Shown here: positions 62,157 through 64,000 of the stretch, piece by piece
How the letters are laid out: each line of letters begins with the position of its first letter
Position numbering within the stretch: the first letter of the stretch is position 1
Assembly (NCBI GenBank): GCA_965248835.1
Contig: CBDFLJ010000001.1
Span: 1,568,001-1,632,000 of the forward strand
Direction: 5' to 3'
Length of the DNA stretch: 64,000 nucleotides
Source of the DNA: Alphaproteobacteria bacterium
Lineage (GTDB): Bacteria > Pseudomonadota > Alphaproteobacteria > MPNO01
Program-made: the position numbers and the translations under genes
Notes under the pieces: generated by a model
What the model was told of the DNA's origin: nothing
Seen by the model: the letters and a program-made list of their open reading frames with translations, nothing else
The model's database searches: none

Positions 62157-63464
62157 TCACATCAGGCTGGGCAGCCACAGCGCCAGCCCGGGGAAGGCCA
62201 CCAGGATCAGGATCAGGATGGTGTCGCAGACCAGAAATGGGAAGGCGGCCTTGGCGACCTGGATCAGGGTCGTGCCCTTGGGCGCGACCCCAAGCATGAC
62301 GTAGAGCAATAATCCAAAGGGCGGCGTCGTTCCCGCCATCTCGATGGTGATCAGGACGAACAGCCCGTACCAGATCAGGTCGAACCCGAGCGCATGGGCC
62401 AACGGGAAGAAGATCGGCACGGTAATCAGCATCATCGAGGTCGCGTCCATGAACATGCCGAGCAGGATCAGCACGCAGAACATCAGGAACAGGATCATGA
62501 AGCGGTGCAGCTCGTAGCTGGTCACCCATTCGATCAGCCCCCTGCTCGCGCCCGAGAACGAGAGCATCTGGCTGAACACCGTCGAGTTCATGATGATCAG
62601 AAAGACCATCGCGCCCACCTTGATGGTCGCTTCGACCGCCGTGGTCATCGACGTGAAGGTCAGGGACCGGAACGCCGCCGCCAGGATAATCACCCCCAGC
62701 ACGCCTGACGCCGCGGCCTCCGTCGGCGTGGCGATGCCCAGGATGATGAAGCCGATCACCATGAACACCACCAGCCCCATCGGCAGGATGTTGGTGCAGA
62801 CGAGCCTCACCTTGGTCATCGGGCTCATATAGGGCACGTCGTAGGCCGGCGCCGAGCCCGGGTTGGTGATGAGCTGCAGCGCGATCATGCCGGCATACAG
62901 CGCCGCCAGAACCAAGCCCGGCAGAAAGCCGGCGACCAGCAGGCGCCCGACGTCGATCTCGGCGACCGCGGCCAGCAGCACGCCGAGCGCCGACGGCGGG
63001 ATGATCATGGCAAGCCCGCCGGTCCCCAGGATCGGCCCCATCGACATCTTCTGGCTGTAGCCCCGCCGGTTCATCTCCGGCACCATCAGGGAACCCAGCA
63101 TGGCGGTGTTCGCCATCGAGGAGCCGGTGAGCGTCGAGAAGACCGCACCGCCCGCGACGGTCAGAAAGCACAGCCGGCCCGGCAGCCGGCCGAAGATGGC
63201 GTCCAACCCGTCGAAGACCTTGATCGCGAGCCCGGTGTGGAAGAACAGCGAGCCCATCATGATGAACATGGGCACGGGCCCGAGCGTGAACCGGCTGATG
63301 AGCTCGGTCGAGTTGTCGGCGACCTGGATCATGCCCGAGGTGCCGGCGAAGATGATGATCGCGAGGAAATTGGTGGCGATGAACGAGAACGCCACGGGCA
63401 CGCCGAGCGCCATGAAGAACATCACCATGCCCAGCAGCAGAGCGAAGGCCCAGTACCACTCCAT
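62157..63464 (-). CDS. TRAP transporter large permease (DctM family)
   Basis: PMFIMMG, LTGSSMANTA, GGLAMIIPPS, ATPTEAA, TTPPFGLLLYV. Confidence 0.95.
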   Translation of the reverse strand: MEWYWAFALLLGMVMFFMALGVPVAFSFIATNFLAIIIFAGTSGMIQVADNSTELISRFTLGPVPMFIMMGSLFFHTGLAIKVFDGLDAIFGRLPGRLCFLTVAGGAVFSTLTGSSMANTAMLGSLMVPEMNRRGYSQKMSMGPILGTGGLAMIIPPSALGVLLAAVAEIDVGRLLVAGFLPGLVLAALYAGMIALQLITNPGSAPAYDVPYMSPMTKVRLVCTNILPMGLVVFMVIGFIILGIATPTEAAASGVLGVIILAAAFRSLTFTSMTTAVEATIKVGAMVFLIIMNSTVFSQMLSFSGASRGLIEWVTSYELHRFMILFLMFCVLILLGMFMDATSMMLITVPIFFPLAHALGFDLIWYGLFVLITIEMAGTTPPFGLLLYVMLGVAPKGTTLIQVAKAAFPFLVCDTILILILVAFPGLALWLPSLM

Positions 63465-63466
63465 GG

Positions 63467-63994
63467 CTACATGCTCTCCCTGACCTCGGTCCGGTCGCCG
63501 TACATGTCGTCGAACCCGAAGAGGTAGCGTAGGAACTCGATCGCCACGAGCCCGAAACCGAACGGCATGGGCAGGTACAGCGTCCACTGGGGGAAATCGG
63601 CGCCGCGGTCGTCTACGGCCTCGTTGAGATAGGATTCGATCAGCAGCTCGATCGAGTAGTAGGTCAGCGCGGCACTGCCGGAGAGCGCGACGAGATAGGC
63701 GAACTTGGCCGTCACCTTCTGCACCTTGGGCGACAGGAGCTGGGTCATCGCGTCGATGAACACATGGCCCTTGATCCGCGCGAGCCAGGGCGCGGCCAGC
63801 ATGGTGAACCACAAAAGCCCGTATTCGACGAGCCCGTGGGTGCGGTCCCAGGGAAAGAAGCCCAGACCCCACTTGGACATGATCGTCAGCGCCACATCGA
63901 CGGCGATCACGACGAAGACGGCAAAGATCACCAGCCCCGAACCCACCTTCATGGCGTTCAGAAGCCACATGTGCGCCTTTGCGATCCGTTCCAC
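63467..63994 (-). CDS. TRAP transporter small permease (DctQ family)
   Basis: DV.L, VEY.LL..TML.APWL.R.KGHV.ID, P.GF. Confidence 0.88.
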   Translation of the reverse strand: MERIAKAHMWLLNAMKVGSGLVIFAVFVVIAVDVALTIMSKWGLGFFPWDRTHGLVEYGLLWFTMLAAPWLARIKGHVFIDAMTQLLSPKVQKVTAKFAYLVALSGSAALTYYSIELLIESYLNEAVDDRGADFPQWTLYLPMPFGFGLVAIEFLRYLFGFDDMYGDRTEVRESM

Positions 63995-64000
63995 GGCCTC

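Overview
High-GC alphaproteobacterial chromosome segment, probably Rhodospirillales-like (inferred from gene order and protein style, not from a search). Conserved housekeeping blocks are uvrB-yrbG-SDR-folB-uvrC-pgsA-mobB-moeA-moaD-moaE, aatA, EF-G2, msrP, vtlR/lsrB-like LysR-trxB-lrp-greA and yqeY-dnaG-rpoD. They alternate with accessory uptake and catabolic blocks: a NitT/TauT ABC system, two TRAP systems, TAXI, two MFS, a Rieske oxygenase, three 2OG-Fe(II) oxygenases, two UbiD decarboxylases, a LigI-like lactonase, VOC, LLM, FAH and GST. Mobile or decayed DNA includes an intact IS5 element with a 4-bp TSD, an IS110 remnant with its 3' non-coding end, and several gene ghosts (outer-membrane barrel, duplicated MFS tail, collapsed TRAP operon, possible LysR tail). 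The most notable unannotated element is a structured minus-strand small RNA just downstream of the VtlR/LsrB-like LysR. It has a UUCG hairpin, two anti-Shine-Dalgarno C-rich motifs, an intrinsic terminator and a T-N11-A palindrome at its promoter, consistent with a divergent AbcR-like LysR-sRNA module with candidate targets inside this window. Second is a PhyH-UbiD-54-aa zinc-ribbon-MFS operon. All product calls come from motif recognition only; no database searches were run. Start codons were re-picked by eye where the ORF track overextends.
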